Source: Octopus bimaculoides
Lineage: Eukaryota
NCBI RefSeq assembly: GCF_001194135.2
Contig: NC_068990.1
Span: 67,641,478-67,705,477 of the forward strand
Reading direction: 5' to 3'
Length of the DNA stretch: 64,000 nucleotides
Position 1 is the first letter of the stretch. Each line of letters begins with the position of its first letter. Below the pieces are notes generated by a model, which ran no database searches, was not told the origin of the DNA, and was given only the letters and a program-made list of their open reading frames with translations. Position numbers and translations under genes: made by a program. This document shows positions 1 to 11,721 of this stretch, piece by piece.

Positions 1-204
1 GCAGTAGAATTTGTTTGTTAAGAGCAAGACTTACTAGTCATATAAGATCTCATGAGTGTAGTTTGTTGTGATGCTCTTATAGTTATTGTAGTGAAAGTGT
101 GCATAGCCTAGTAGTGCTATTTTCTGTGTGTTGTATATATTTTTTAGTCCTGATGTTTTGTTATGTATTTGTCTGATTATTATTATTATCATTATTATTA
201 TTAT

Positions 205-295
205 TATTATTATTCAGGTTACTGCCTGGAATTGAAATTGGAATCTTGGGTTAGTAGCCCACGATCTTAACTACTACGCCATATGCCATATGCCA
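205..295 (-). mobile_element. tRNA-headed SINE family F, 5' head only
   Basis: Reverse complement reads ggcatatggcgtagtagttaagatcgtgggctactaacccaagattccaatttcaattccaggcagtaacctgaataat, matching the + copy at 597-680; A-box-like and B-box-like motifs present. Confidence 0.75.
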
Positions 296-371
296 CCTCC
301 CCCTGTGGGATGAAGTTAAAATAATAGAAAGAGAACACCATTGAAAAATACAAAAACTAAAAGAAGCAGCA

Positions 372-1915
372 CATATGCTAGGACAACAACTTCCTAAGCA
401 TCTGTCTTTATGTTTTGAATTCAAATTCCCCTGAGGTCAACTTTGTGTTTCTACCTTTCGAGGTTGATAAAATAAGTACCAGTTGAACACTTGTACTTCT
501 CTTAAAATTGCTGGCCTTAGATATAAACCGGTATTAAGGAAGGATAAGAAAATATTAAAGTTATAAGCCCTAAAATTAACTCCATAATTGTCTACAAGTA
601 TATGGCGTAGTGGTTAAGAACGTGGGCTACTAACCCCAAGATTCCGAGTTCGATTCCAGGCAGTGACCTGAATAATGATAATAATAACATTGAAATATAA
701 TTTAGGAATGAGAACCCAGGTTTGAAATTTCCCCAAGTCAGTATATCAGTCAAGGTTATATCAGCTGGAGGGTATATCAGCCTAAATGTTGTGTTAACAA
801 CAAACAAGATGAGGACAAATATCTTACAAATGTAAATAATGTATTATTATTATTATTGTTATTATTGGCACCTAACTGGCAGAAATGTTAGAGCACCAAA
901 GAATATGCTTTCTGGTATTTGTGTGGGCTTTTTGAATTTTGAAATCAAATCATTCAATTGCTGTCAAGTTTAATATTGTCTTGCATTCTTTGAGTTTTGA
1001 TAAAATAAAATGCCATTCTACCATTGGGGGCCAATGTAACTGATCAAAACACTCATACCAAAGTTGCTGGCCTTGTGCCAAAATTCTGTTATCTGTTATT
1101 ATTTTGGCCTATCCTGTGTTTGGGTTGCTTTTCTTCATAGAGTGAAAGAAACAGGGAGACAGCAGTTTCTATGCCTTGGAGTTGGTAGGATAATCAGGGC
1201 CTTTTTGTGTTGCGTTTCCCATGAATTATTCTTCATGGATTGCCCCATTACTGGGGGATTAATTTCTTTTCGCTCTATGTTCATATCTTTTGTATATTCT
1301 TATTAATGTTAATTCCTTTTGATTGAAGCAAGCTTCACACTTTTTGTATGCTGAAATTTGTCCTTTGATATTGTTTTGGGCCCTTGTGAACATAAGGTTG
1401 ACTTTGCTTTACATTCTGTCGAGACCAATAAAATAGGTACCAGTTGAGCACTGGAGTTGATGTAATTGACTAGTAACCCCCATCCCCACCCACTTCCCAC
1501 AAAAGTTCCAGGCCTTGTGTCTGGTAGGAGAAAATTATTATAACTACTAAGGTGATGGGCTGACAGAATTGTTAGCATATGAGACAAAATATTTAATGAC
1601 ATTTTTTACAGCACTTTATATTTCAAGTTAAAATTATGCAGGGGTCAACTTAGCCTTTTTATCTTTTCTGGGTCTATAAAACAAATACCAGTTAAGCACT
1701 AGGGTCTATCTAATTAACTAACACCTTACCTCAAAATTGCTTGGCGGTATTTCACCTATCTTTACGTTCTCTGTTCAAATTCCACCAAGGTCAACATTCC
1801 TTTCATCCTTTCAGGGTTGATAAATTAAGTACTAGTCAAGTACGGCGGTCGATGTGATCAACTTACACCCCACTCACAAATTCTAGGCCTTGTACCCATT
1901 GTAGAAAGGATCATT
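372..1915 (+). mobile_element. Cluster of about 5 co-oriented SINE family B copies (interleaved with family F and unique sequence)
   Basis: Repeated core ...caaattcc...aggtcaactttgcctttcatcctttc..ggttgataaa.taagtaccagtt... at about 372-520, 868-1090, 1374-1538, 1548-1735 and 1745-1915; most end in ggccttgt...aggat(att)n. Confidence 0.85.
597..850 (+). mobile_element. tRNA-headed SINE family F, near full length
   Basis: tggcgtagtggttaag (A box) ... gttcgattcc (B box), anticodon-like stem-loop gggctactaaccc, then a body ending aaatgtaaataat before (ATT)n. Confidence 0.75.
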
Positions 1916-2834
1916 ATTATTATTTCAGAAATAATAACAAATTGTGAGGTAAAAGTGAAGAAGAGCATGTGGATGCAATGTAATAGCTTCAGTGACTCTA
2001 CTATTGTGTATTGTATGTATGTATGTATATTTGTGTGTGTGGATATATATGTATATACATATACACACATGCACACATACATGAGTGTGGGTGCATGCAT
2101 GAAAGCAAATTGTTTTGAAGATGGATAGGCAATTTGCATAATAGATTCTAAAATTCATAGGACATTTATTGAATCTATTTAACAAAGATATTCTGATATC
2201 TTTTGCAGTGCAAAGAATGTAGGGTAAATTTACATGTGTGTCATTATCTCCAAGATTCTATCTGACATTACAGCAATGTTTCTATCATAGATGATTTGAT
2301 ATGAAGGCATGTATATATGGTTTAGAAATCATAGTTTTAATCTATGCAAAAAAAAAAAAAACAGAGTATCAAAAATATCATTATAAACAAAAGTATTAAT
2401 TCACAGGGTATATATACATAGCTAAATATATGTCATTTGTGCATATTGCTCAATCAGTATATGCATAGTAATGCATAAATAAGCATACATATATTGGTAT
2501 ATATCTTTCCAGTATTAACATTCTCATACACACAAATATGCATACATACATGTAATGTTTTAAGGTATAACTTATAGATATATTCATTATCAAAAGTATA
2601 TGCATATACAGTTTGATGATGAAGGAAACAACACTGATATGTTGAAGTCACTATCAAACTTTTCCTCTGAAAAGTAATATATAATATATAAGCATGCACA
2701 CTCACCCACATGCATACACTCACTAATAGAGAAAGAAAGATATTCATTTACAATTTGCAAACACACACACATATATGCATTATATATACACATATATATA
2801 CATATGCATATATATATATATATATATATATATA

Positions 2835-3296
2835 NNNNNNNNNNNNNNNNNNNNNNNNNNNNNNNNNNNNNNNNNNNNNNNNNNNNNNNNNNNNNNNNNN
2901 NNNNNNNNNNNNNNNNNNNNNNNNNNNNNNNNNNNNNNNNNNNNNNNNNNNNNNNNNNNNNNNNNNNNNNNNNNNNNNNNNNNNNNNNNNNNNNNNNNNN
3001 NNNNNNNNNNNNNNNNNNNNNNNNNNNNNNNNNNNNNNNNNNNNNNNNNNNNNNNNNNNNNNNNNNNNNNNNNNNNNNNNNNNNNNNNNNNNNNNNNNNN
3101 NNNNNNNNNNNNNNNNNNNNNNNNNNNNNNNNNNNNNNNNNNNNNNNNNNNNNNNNNNNNNNNNNNNNNNNNNNNNNNNNNNNNNNNNNNNNNNNNNNNN
3201 NNNNNNNNNNNNNNNNNNNNNNNNNNNNNNNNNNNNNNNNNNNNNNNNNNNNNNNNNNNNNNNNNNNNNNNNNNNNNNNNNNNNNNNNNNNNNNNN
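2835..3296. other. Assembly gap (N) flanked by (TA)n
   Basis: Run of N. Confidence 1.
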
Positions 3297-3857
3297 ATAT
3301 ATATATATATATATAGATATATACATGATGTGTCAAATGTGTATCTATGCATCTGTATGTATGCATTGCATATTTATGATGAAACACAAAATCACACAAA
3401 TACATTTATTAACCTGGAAGGAAAAGAAAAAAGGTTAAATTTTTTTTACATTAAAATATAAAATTTACAAAAAGAAATATACCAAAAAAACAATGGCTGT
3501 ATTTTTGTTTTTTAACATTAATTTCTATGTAGTGTGTGTTGATTTTCACTTTTAATTCTAAACTCATCTCTCCCAATGGTGGCTTGCTCTGTTCAACTGC
3601 CTTTTGCCAATGACTGAAACATTTAGTAGCTTATCGACAAAGTTAGATATAAATAGCAACTGGGAAACTCGAAAACATAAATAAAGAAATAAATAAAACA
3701 AACATAAAAATGTAATTAAAGACGAAACAACAAACACAGCAGAAAATCTCTTAAAACAAATTCAATTAGTTTTCAATTCAATTCCAAACAGCAAACAGCA
3801 TATCAAATATGGCACAACATTAAACGAAACCATGCACAAGGCAGCATACAGTGCAGT

Positions 3858-4050
3858 CTGATGATGATGATGATGATGATAATAATAATAATAATAATAA
3901 TAACAATAATGATGATGACGAAAATGAAAATATAAACAATAATATAAATATATATATAGTAATAATAATAATAATAATAATGAGAAGAAGAAGAAGAAGA
4001 CTGATGATGATAAATAATAATAATGATAATAATAAAAATAATAAAATTAA
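3858..4050. repeat. Compound (GAT)n/(AAT)n/(AGA)n microsatellite
   Basis: Direct reading. Confidence 0.95.
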
Positions 4051-4364
4051 TAATAATGTTTTATGTATCTGAAATAGATCTTTAGACTAAAGAACCTACA
4101 AAGAAAGAAAGAATTAAAAATACTACTGGGGTGTGGTAAGGATATTGTGAGGGAGAGAGAGAGAGTGAGAGAGAGAATGAGAAGGAGAGGGAGAGAGGGG
4201 AGATAGAGGAAGTGAGAGAGAGAGAGGAAGTGAGAGAAAGAGAGAGAGAGAGATTTGGCAATGTTAGTAACATTGATTTCTGTATTGATGATGTTTCAGT
4301 TGATAAAAATAATTAGAATTTTTTGCTTAAACCATAGAAGCCTCAGATGTATGATAATCATCAT

Positions 4365-4520
4365 CATCATCATCATCATTATCGTTTAACGTCCGCTTTC
4401 CATGCTAGCATGGGTTGGACGATTTGACTGAGGACTGGTGAAACCGGATGGCAACACCAGGCTCCAGTCTGATTTGGCAGAGTTTCTACAGCTGGATGCC
4501 CTTCCTAACGCCAACCACTC
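4365..4520 (-). mobile_element. RTE-type retroposon 3' end with (GAT)n tail (family D)
   Basis: catcatcatcattatcgtttaacgtccgctttccatgctagcatgggttggacg...ctacagctggatgcccttcctaacgccaacc; the same sequence follows the RTE ORF remnant at 62080-62285. Confidence 0.8.
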
Positions 4521-4561
<41 letters not shown>

Positions 4562-4844
4562 TTCTTTTATTTGCCACAGGGACATCAGACGAGGAGTATG
4601 TTACAAGTTCAGTTTACAGTTTGTGAGAGTGTACGTATGTGGGGGGGGGGGCAGTTGTTATAAAAATGAGTGGAAGAAAGGAAGAGAAGAAGGAATGGTA
4701 TAAAATGTATATCTAGCATTCAAAATATATGAACACAAGGATGATGCAGTCTTCCTGATACAGGACTTTCAACTAGGCCACATCTAGGTTCACCAGGTCC
4801 ATTCACCCTAGCTTTTTCAGCCACAGTAACCCACCTTGTGACAA

Positions 4845-4984
4845 ATTCACTGGGACTTCTTTGTAAGCCTAGTACTTATTCTATTGGACTCTTTTGCCAA
4901 ACCACTAGGTTACGGAGATGCAAGCACACCAACATCGGTTGTCAGGTGATGAATTTGGGACAAACACAGACACAAAACATATAC

Positions 4985-5024
<40 letters not shown>

Positions 5025-5165
5025 GCTGGCTTCTTTCAGTTTCTGTCTACCAAATCCACTCACAAAGCTTTGGTCAGCCTGAGGCAATAGTAGGTGCAAT
5101 ACAGTGGGACTGAACCCAGAACCATGTGGTTGGTAAGCTAGCTACTTACTACACAGTCACTCCTG
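4845..5165 (-). mobile_element. SINE family A (tRNA head, CORE-like centre, internal (TA)n)
   Basis: Matches the reverse complement of the full copy at 31539-31950. Confidence 0.85.
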
Positions 5166-5710
5166 CAAAATGAAACCTGAAAATGTTGATGAGGGCTTGA
5201 TCAGAGAGAGATGTGTCTTTCTTCAATTATTCTCTCAGCCTTGTCTAAAACAAAATTTCTTTCAGCATAACAACCTCATAGAAGAACGACATTTATTTTT
5301 AAAATTTGTGAAGAGGCAAGCGTCACAATTGATTTGCCCAGCTGCATTTCTCCTACATGTGACAACAACTGTTTAACTTAAAGCCTCAAGTCAGCAATAC
5401 TCAGACACTGCACAAGAGTATGCTATATGGTTTAATCACTTTACACACATGTCCCATTTAACAGCATCTCTGTGAACTGGTAGTGTCCTTTGGTAAGCAC
5501 TTCAAGGCTATATATTTCTGCAAGTTATCTGTAAGGAACAATAGCCTAGAATTAGTCTGAAACAGATCAGCTGCTTCATCCTCATCAACAACTAGAGTTT
5601 CCCTGAGAATGTCGTTGCTCTTTCCTACCACCAGATTACAATATATAGCGCATGCAAAACATTGCCCAAGTAATAAAAGGTGGTAAGCACCTGACAACCT
5701 TTTGGGTGCC

Positions 5711-5749
<39 letters not shown>

Positions 5750-5870
5750 CGACAGGCTTCTTTTAGTTTCCTTCTACCAAATCCTCTCACAAGGTGCCAT
5801 GCAGTGGGACTGAACCTGGAACCATGTGGTTGGTAAGCAAGCTACTTACCACACAGCCATTTCTGCACCT
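5750..5870 (-). mobile_element. SINE family A, 5' part
   Basis: gacaggcttcttttagtttc..ctaccaaatcc...gtgggactgaacctggaaccatgtggttggtaagcaagctacttaccacacagcc. Confidence 0.85.
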
Positions 5871-6329
5871 ATTCTGTACATCTTGTGCATTGATCTTTTC
5901 TGATTTAAAATTCAAGCTTCTAATTCTGTTATGATTGATCTAGATGTGATTATCTCCCTTACAATAATTAGCAGCCAGGGCATATGACATGTTTGAATTG
6001 TTCTTAGCTTTGCATTAACAGAGAGCCAATGGCGATTAATAAGGGGAAATTGGCAGTTGTAATATCAATGGCTTTCACATAGGCTTTACCAATATTTATG
6101 AAAGCAGTTCAAACAGGAAAAGGATATCAAGTTGCGTGCATAGGCAACTCGGAACATACAAAACTTATAGAGCACTCAGCAACCACTGTTACAAATAACA
6201 TGCCTCAAATAGGTTATTGTTAACCATAAATAAAGCTGACAGTTAGAAGTCTAACTTGCTGTGTTTTCTGGTCTCTGACTGAGACCTGAAACATCAAAAC
6301 CTAATAACAATAATAATATAAATATCTGA

Positions 6330-7323
6330 TTTAAGCGCAAGGCCAGCACTTTTGAAGAGAAGAATAGGTTAGTTGATTGTATTGACCCATTATCTGTTAA
6401 GTACTACACTTTATTGAACCCAAAAGGATAAAAGGTTAAGTTCACCTTGGTTGAAATTGAATTCAGCATGTAAAGAGCTGGAACAATAACCGCATAGTGT
6501 TTCTCTGAGAAACTCTTGGTTCTGCAAGTTTGCTGCCTTAATAATAATAATAATGATGATACTAATAATAATAATAATAATAATCCCTTCCAATAAAGGA
6601 ACAAAGCCTGAAGTTTGTAAGGAGAGGACCAGTCAAATACAACAACCCCAGTGTTTCACTGGTACTTAATTTATCAAAACTGAAAGGATGAAAGGCAAAA
6701 TCAACCTTGGCAGAATTTAAACTCAGAATGTAGTGACAGATGAAATACTAAGCATTTTGCTCAGCATGCTGATGATTCTGTTAGCACACTACCTTGATAA
6801 TAATAATGCCCGGATGCAATATCAGGTAGTGGCTCACATAATTTCTGATCTTAACTGATTGGAAGTGTTATCAAGTACATGTTTTGTCCTGGTATAAAAG
6901 ATGGGCTACAGCAAATATTCTGCTCAATACCACAAATTTGCTTGTCAGTTGCTTGATCGTAACTAGTTGAACATGTTCCTTAGTGGCTGACAACGTGTGC
7001 ATCTCGGATCATGGGCAAAAGTAGTAGGAGAGGGTTTGAATAATTCATCTTTGGAAACATGGGTGAATCATTCATCATTCTTAAATAACCCTTATTCCAG
7101 GATTTGTTGAGCATGATGGTCTACTCAACCTGCACGAAATTCCAACTGTGTCCCACCTGCAAGGTCATGTGCTGTTTATCTTAATATGAGATCACCATAT
7201 CAGGCACTTATTGTGATGCATGAGTTTGGTATACCCTTATCAGATGAGTTGTCATAATAAGTATACTGGGCTTCATATATTTGTACCCCAGTGTCACTTT
7301 GATGGCAAGCACTGCTCTCTCAT

Positions 7324-7358
<35 letters not shown>

Positions 7359-7568
7359 CCTTTCTGCTATAAACACAAGGCTTGAAATTTGGTGGGAGGG
7401 GCTATCTTAATTACATCGACTAACTACTCAACTGGTTCTTAATTTATTGACCCGAAGGGATGAAAGGCAAAGTCATCTTCGGTGGAATTTGAACTCAGAA
7501 TGTAGAGATGGGCAAAACACTGTGAAGCATTTTGTCCAGCACGCCAATGATTCTGCAAGCTCGCCGCC

Positions 7569-7617
<49 letters not shown>

Positions 7618-7844
7618 TAATAATAATAATCCTTTCTTTTATAGGCACAAGACATGAAATTTTGGGGGAGGGGGCCAGTCAATTAGATCGACCTCAGTAT
7701 ACAAGTGGTACTTAATTTTTCGACCACAAAAGGGTGAAAAGCAAAAATCGACCTCGGTGGAATTTGAACTCAGAACGTACAGACGAACTAAATACTGCTA
7801 AGCATTTTGCCCACCATGCTAATGATTCTGCCAACTTGCCAACT

Positions 7845-7890
<46 letters not shown>

Positions 7891-9870
7891 GTCAAAAATA
7901 ATGATAATGAATTGATTCAAATTATGGGTCAAAAGCAATAATTTCAGAAGGCAGGAGTTAGTTGACGCCCAGAACATGACTGGTACTTATGTTATCGACT
8001 CTGAAAGGATGAAAAGTAAAGTTAACTTCAGTGGAATTTGAACTTAAAATGTAAATCCAGAAGAAATACCACTGAGAATTTTGTTCAGCTTGGTAATAAT
8101 TCTGCCAGTTCACCACCTCAATAATAATAACCTTTTCTACAATAGGCACAAGGCTTGAAATTTTGGGGGAGGGGTTAAGTTAATTACATCAACCCCAGTT
8201 TTCAAGTGTTACTTACTTTATCAACTCTGAAAGGATGAAAGGCAAAGTTAACCTTGGCAGAATTTGAAATCATAACAAGAAGACGGAAGAAATTCTGCTA
8301 GCCATTTTACCTGGCATGATAACAGTTCTGCCAGCTCACCACCTTACTGAAAATAATAATAACAATAACAATTTCTATGACAGATACAAAACCACAAATT
8401 TGGTGCGGACGGTTTAGTTGATTAAAGTTACCACAGTATGTGTCTTCCATAATTTTAACATTTACTTTCCCATTCTTACATGAGTCAGAAAAATTTTGTG
8501 AGGCAGATTTTCTATATAGCTGGATGCTCTTCTTGTCACCAACTATCATTTGCTCCCAAGCAAGAAGCATTTTGCCTAATCCTTTGAACAGTACATTGAC
8601 CAGTACAATGAACAGTACATTAACCAGACACATTCCCAAAGGAGGTTGCAAATTGATGACAAGGAGTTTATTTATATTGTATATATTTATAGAGTTTGTT
8701 TATAGTGTGCTGTGTTAGGGCAAGAAGACATGGTCAAACACACACATTTTCTTGTGTACAACTGTGTGTGTGTGTGTGTGTGTGTGCAATAGGCTTAATT
8801 CAATTTCCAACAACCAGATTTACTCATAAGGCTTCAGTTGAGCAAGAGCCATAGAAGCATTTCATCCAACACATGAGCCAGCAAGTTTGCAACCCTAATA
8901 ATAATAAAAATAAATAACAATAACAATAATAATAATAATAATAATCCTTTCTACTGGAGGCACAAGGCCTCAAATTTTGAGGAAAGGATTAAGTCAATTA
9001 CACTGACCCCAGTGCATAACTGGTTCTTATGTAATCAACCCCAAAAGGATTACAGGCCAAGTTGACCCTGGTGGAATTTGAACTCAGAACATAGCAGACG
9101 AAATACTGCTGAGCATTTGACCCAGTGTGCTAACGATTCTGCCAGTTCGATGCCTTAATAATAATAATAACAATAATAATAAAAATCTTTTCTACTATAG
9201 GCACAAGGCCTGGATTTTTGTGGGGAAGGGGACAATTCATCGCAATGACCCCAGTATCTGATTGGTACTTATTTAATCGCTCCCAAAAGGATGAAAGGTG
9301 AAGTCGATTTCAGTGGAATTTGAACTCAAAACATAGCGACAGATGGAATACTGCTAAGCATTTCAGCTAGTGTGCTAACAATTTTGCCAGCTTGCTGCCT
9401 TAATAATAATAATAATAATAATAATAATGATGATGATGATAATAACAATAATCATATCTTCTAAAGTCACAGTGCCTGAAATTTGTGGAGGGACTAGTTG
9501 ATTACATCAACCCCAGTGCTTCACTGGTACTTAATTTATTGACCCTGAAAGGATGAAAGCAAAATCAACCTCAGTAGAATTTGAACTCAAAACATAGTGA
9601 CAGACGAAATGCTGCGAAGCATTTCACCTAGTGTGCTAACAATTTTGCCAGCTTGCAGCTTTAATATTATTATTATTATTAATAATAATAATAATAATAA
9701 TTCACACGTAAGCAATGACTGTTGATGGTTTCATAAGTTGACACAAGGCCAGCGATTTTTAGGGTAAAGGGGAAAGAGTAAATTGAGTGTAGAGTCCAAA
9801 TACTTCTTATCTTATTGACCCCGCCCCAACATTCTAATGATTCTGCCAGCTTTCCACCTTATTAATAATA
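6330..9870 (-). mobile_element. Head-to-tail array of about 10-11 SINE family B copies separated by (AAT)n
   Basis: Units of about 200-240 bp at roughly 6330, 6585, 7345, 7625, 7905, 8130, 8365 (partial), 8945, 9185, 9455 and 9740 (partial), all on the minus strand. Confidence 0.9.
6808..7326 (+). mobile_element. Retroposon family E ending ctctctcattga(aat)n, nested in the SINE-B array
   Basis: Its 3' part is homologous to 16115-16320 (gagatcac...gatgcatg...gggcttca.atatttgta.c.cagtgt...ctctctca.t.a(ata)n). Confidence 0.7.
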
Positions 9871-10249
9871 ATAATTTCTTCCATTCCCTAAATTATAATC
9901 ATAATAATGATTATATGGTTTCTTTTCAAAGCCACTGAATTTATCCTCTGATCCAAGCACAAGATGTGCACCTACACATACATACATACACACAAACACA
10001 CACACACACATGCAAGCATGCACTCACAGAGGCACTCACATACACGCACACATATACATTCACCAACACATACATAGACACATTGACCAAGCCATCCCAC
10101 CATAAAATTATTTCTCTCTTTAGTCACAAATTTCACTAAATTACCAAACCTCAGACATAATAAACATAGGTAACTGATTTCTAACATGTGATTATTTATT
10201 CATTCATTTACTTACTTTATATCATAATTTGTGATATAAAATGAATAAA

Positions 10250-10440
10250 TGACCTCGTGGTTAGGATGTCACACTCACAATCACCAAATCGAGGGTTTGA
10301 TTCCGAGACTGGGTGGCATATTGTGTTATTGAAAATACCACTTCATTTCAAGTTCCTCTATTGGTGTATAGGGACCAGCATGTCAGAGAATAAACTTATC
10401 GTTTTCTCTGAATGTTGTAAAAGGCAACTAAAAGAGGTTG
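10250..10440 (+). mobile_element. SINE with family C tRNA/CORE-like head and a distinct tail
   Basis: gtggttaggatgtcacactcacaatcacc...gggtttgattcc...ttgtgttattgaaaataccacttcatttca resembles the heads at 17215 and 50425. Confidence 0.6.
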
Positions 10441-10818
10441 AGGTAGGATATGAACTCCAGCCTCATAAATCTCTCACCAGCAACAACTACACAAACAGAC
10501 CGACGCATTGAGGGTAGTTGTCTGAATGGTGGAAAGGTATCATATACCAGGAATAGGGAATTGCCAAGAAATAGTGATACACTGTTTCAGCACATGCTCC
10601 AGACTACTACTACAATTTGTGAACAATAGTGTCTTTGGCTTCATGTTTTTAATGGAGTAATCACTTGTTCAGTTCGTTTCTGATTGTCAGAGAATGGCAA
10701 TGGAGTGAATATTCGCTAGATGCAAGGTACTTTTGTTTGTGAAGTATATCCACTTAACATAAATCAGAGAATACACAAATACATACACACATGCATTCAT
10801 ATGTACGTACATGCATAC

Positions 10819-10989
10819 CAGTGGTTCTAAACTGTGGTCCATGGACTCCTGGTAGTCCGCAAAGGTAGTACTGGGGGGGGGGGGTCTGTGAACATGTTAA
10901 GCTGACAGACATTTCAATATCGTGGGATCCATGGGAAAACTCATTTAAATAAAAGAGGTCCTTGGTAGTGAAAAGGTCAGGAACCACTG
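10819..10989. mobile_element. hAT-type (Charlie-like) MITE, 171 bp
   Basis: Terminal inverted repeats cagtggttc / gaaccactg; the 8-bp flanks atgcatac and atatatat are only a partial target-site duplication. Confidence 0.7.
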
Positions 10990-11099
10990 ATATATATCAT
11001 CGATTATTGCTCTTTTACATACATGTCCACTGTTTCCTCCCTTTTTTATTTTTTAATCCTCCCCATAAAACAATAGTGCCATCTGGTTTTTAATATGTC

Positions 11100-11280
11100 A
11101 TCCAATTTTTCCCTCTCACTGACTATTCTTGTTCTTCGCTCTCTCTTTCTTTTGATGAAGGACTAATGTTCAAAATGTAAGCACACATTTTCTTACCACT
11201 TATGTGACAACCTAATACCATATTTGTGAAACCTTGTCTCCCCTGTGTTTTTTCTTCGTTGATCTTTGTTTTTAGACTAT
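11100..11280 (+). mobile_element. Penelope-like terminal (pLTR) relic with decayed hammerhead-like core
   Basis: tttgatgaaggactaatgttcaaaatgt at 11151-11178 parallels the reverse complement of 58735-58765; pyrimidine-rich flanks of similar layout. Confidence 0.45.
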
Positions 11281-11470
11281 ATTCTTTTATACATTTCAGT
11301 CATTTGACTGTGACCATGCTGTAGCAGCACCTTCAAATTTGCTTTTAGTTGAACAAATCGACCCCAGGACATTTTTTTAAAACCTAGTACTAAGTTTCAG
11401 TGACGTAAACACAACAACATCAGTTGTCAAGCAGTGATGGGGAGACAGACACACAGACAGAGACATAAAT
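11275..11470 (-). mobile_element. SINE family A, 3' half
   Basis: tttcagtcatttgactgtgaccatgctg...gacgtaaacacaacaacatcagttgtcaagc. Confidence 0.8.
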
Positions 11471-11580
11471 ATATACATATATATCTGTACAGATTAATTC
11501 TTCTATTTACATAATATCGAGGTCTCATTCATTTTTTTGTTGTCATACTATTACAATTAATACATACATATATATGTATT

Positions 11581-11721
<141 letters not shown>

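Noticed and set aside
597-670. tRNA gene (anticodon-like ACT loop)
   Set aside because: It continues into a SINE body, has an inverted sibling at 205-295 and lacks a proper acceptor stem; it is a SINE head.
2590-3461. Long ORFs of 170-277 aa (also 32596-33429, 43886-44618, 54431-55284)
   Set aside because: They are read through N gaps and dinucleotide repeats; artefacts.
4422-4445. ctgaggactggtgaaac as a hammerhead core
   Set aside because: There is no room for a stem II between CUGAGGA and GAAA, and it lies in an RTE 3' UTR.
5170-5710. Unique-looking segment with a 110-aa minus ORF (5458-5790)
   Set aside because: The ORF starts in SINE/(TA)n sequence; I found no recognisable domain in any frame, so it is left unassigned.
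6330-9870. CRISPR-like or satellite array
   Set aside because: Units are ~230-bp SINEs found dispersed elsewhere in the window, separated by microsatellite rather than unique spacers; eukaryotic context and no cas genes.
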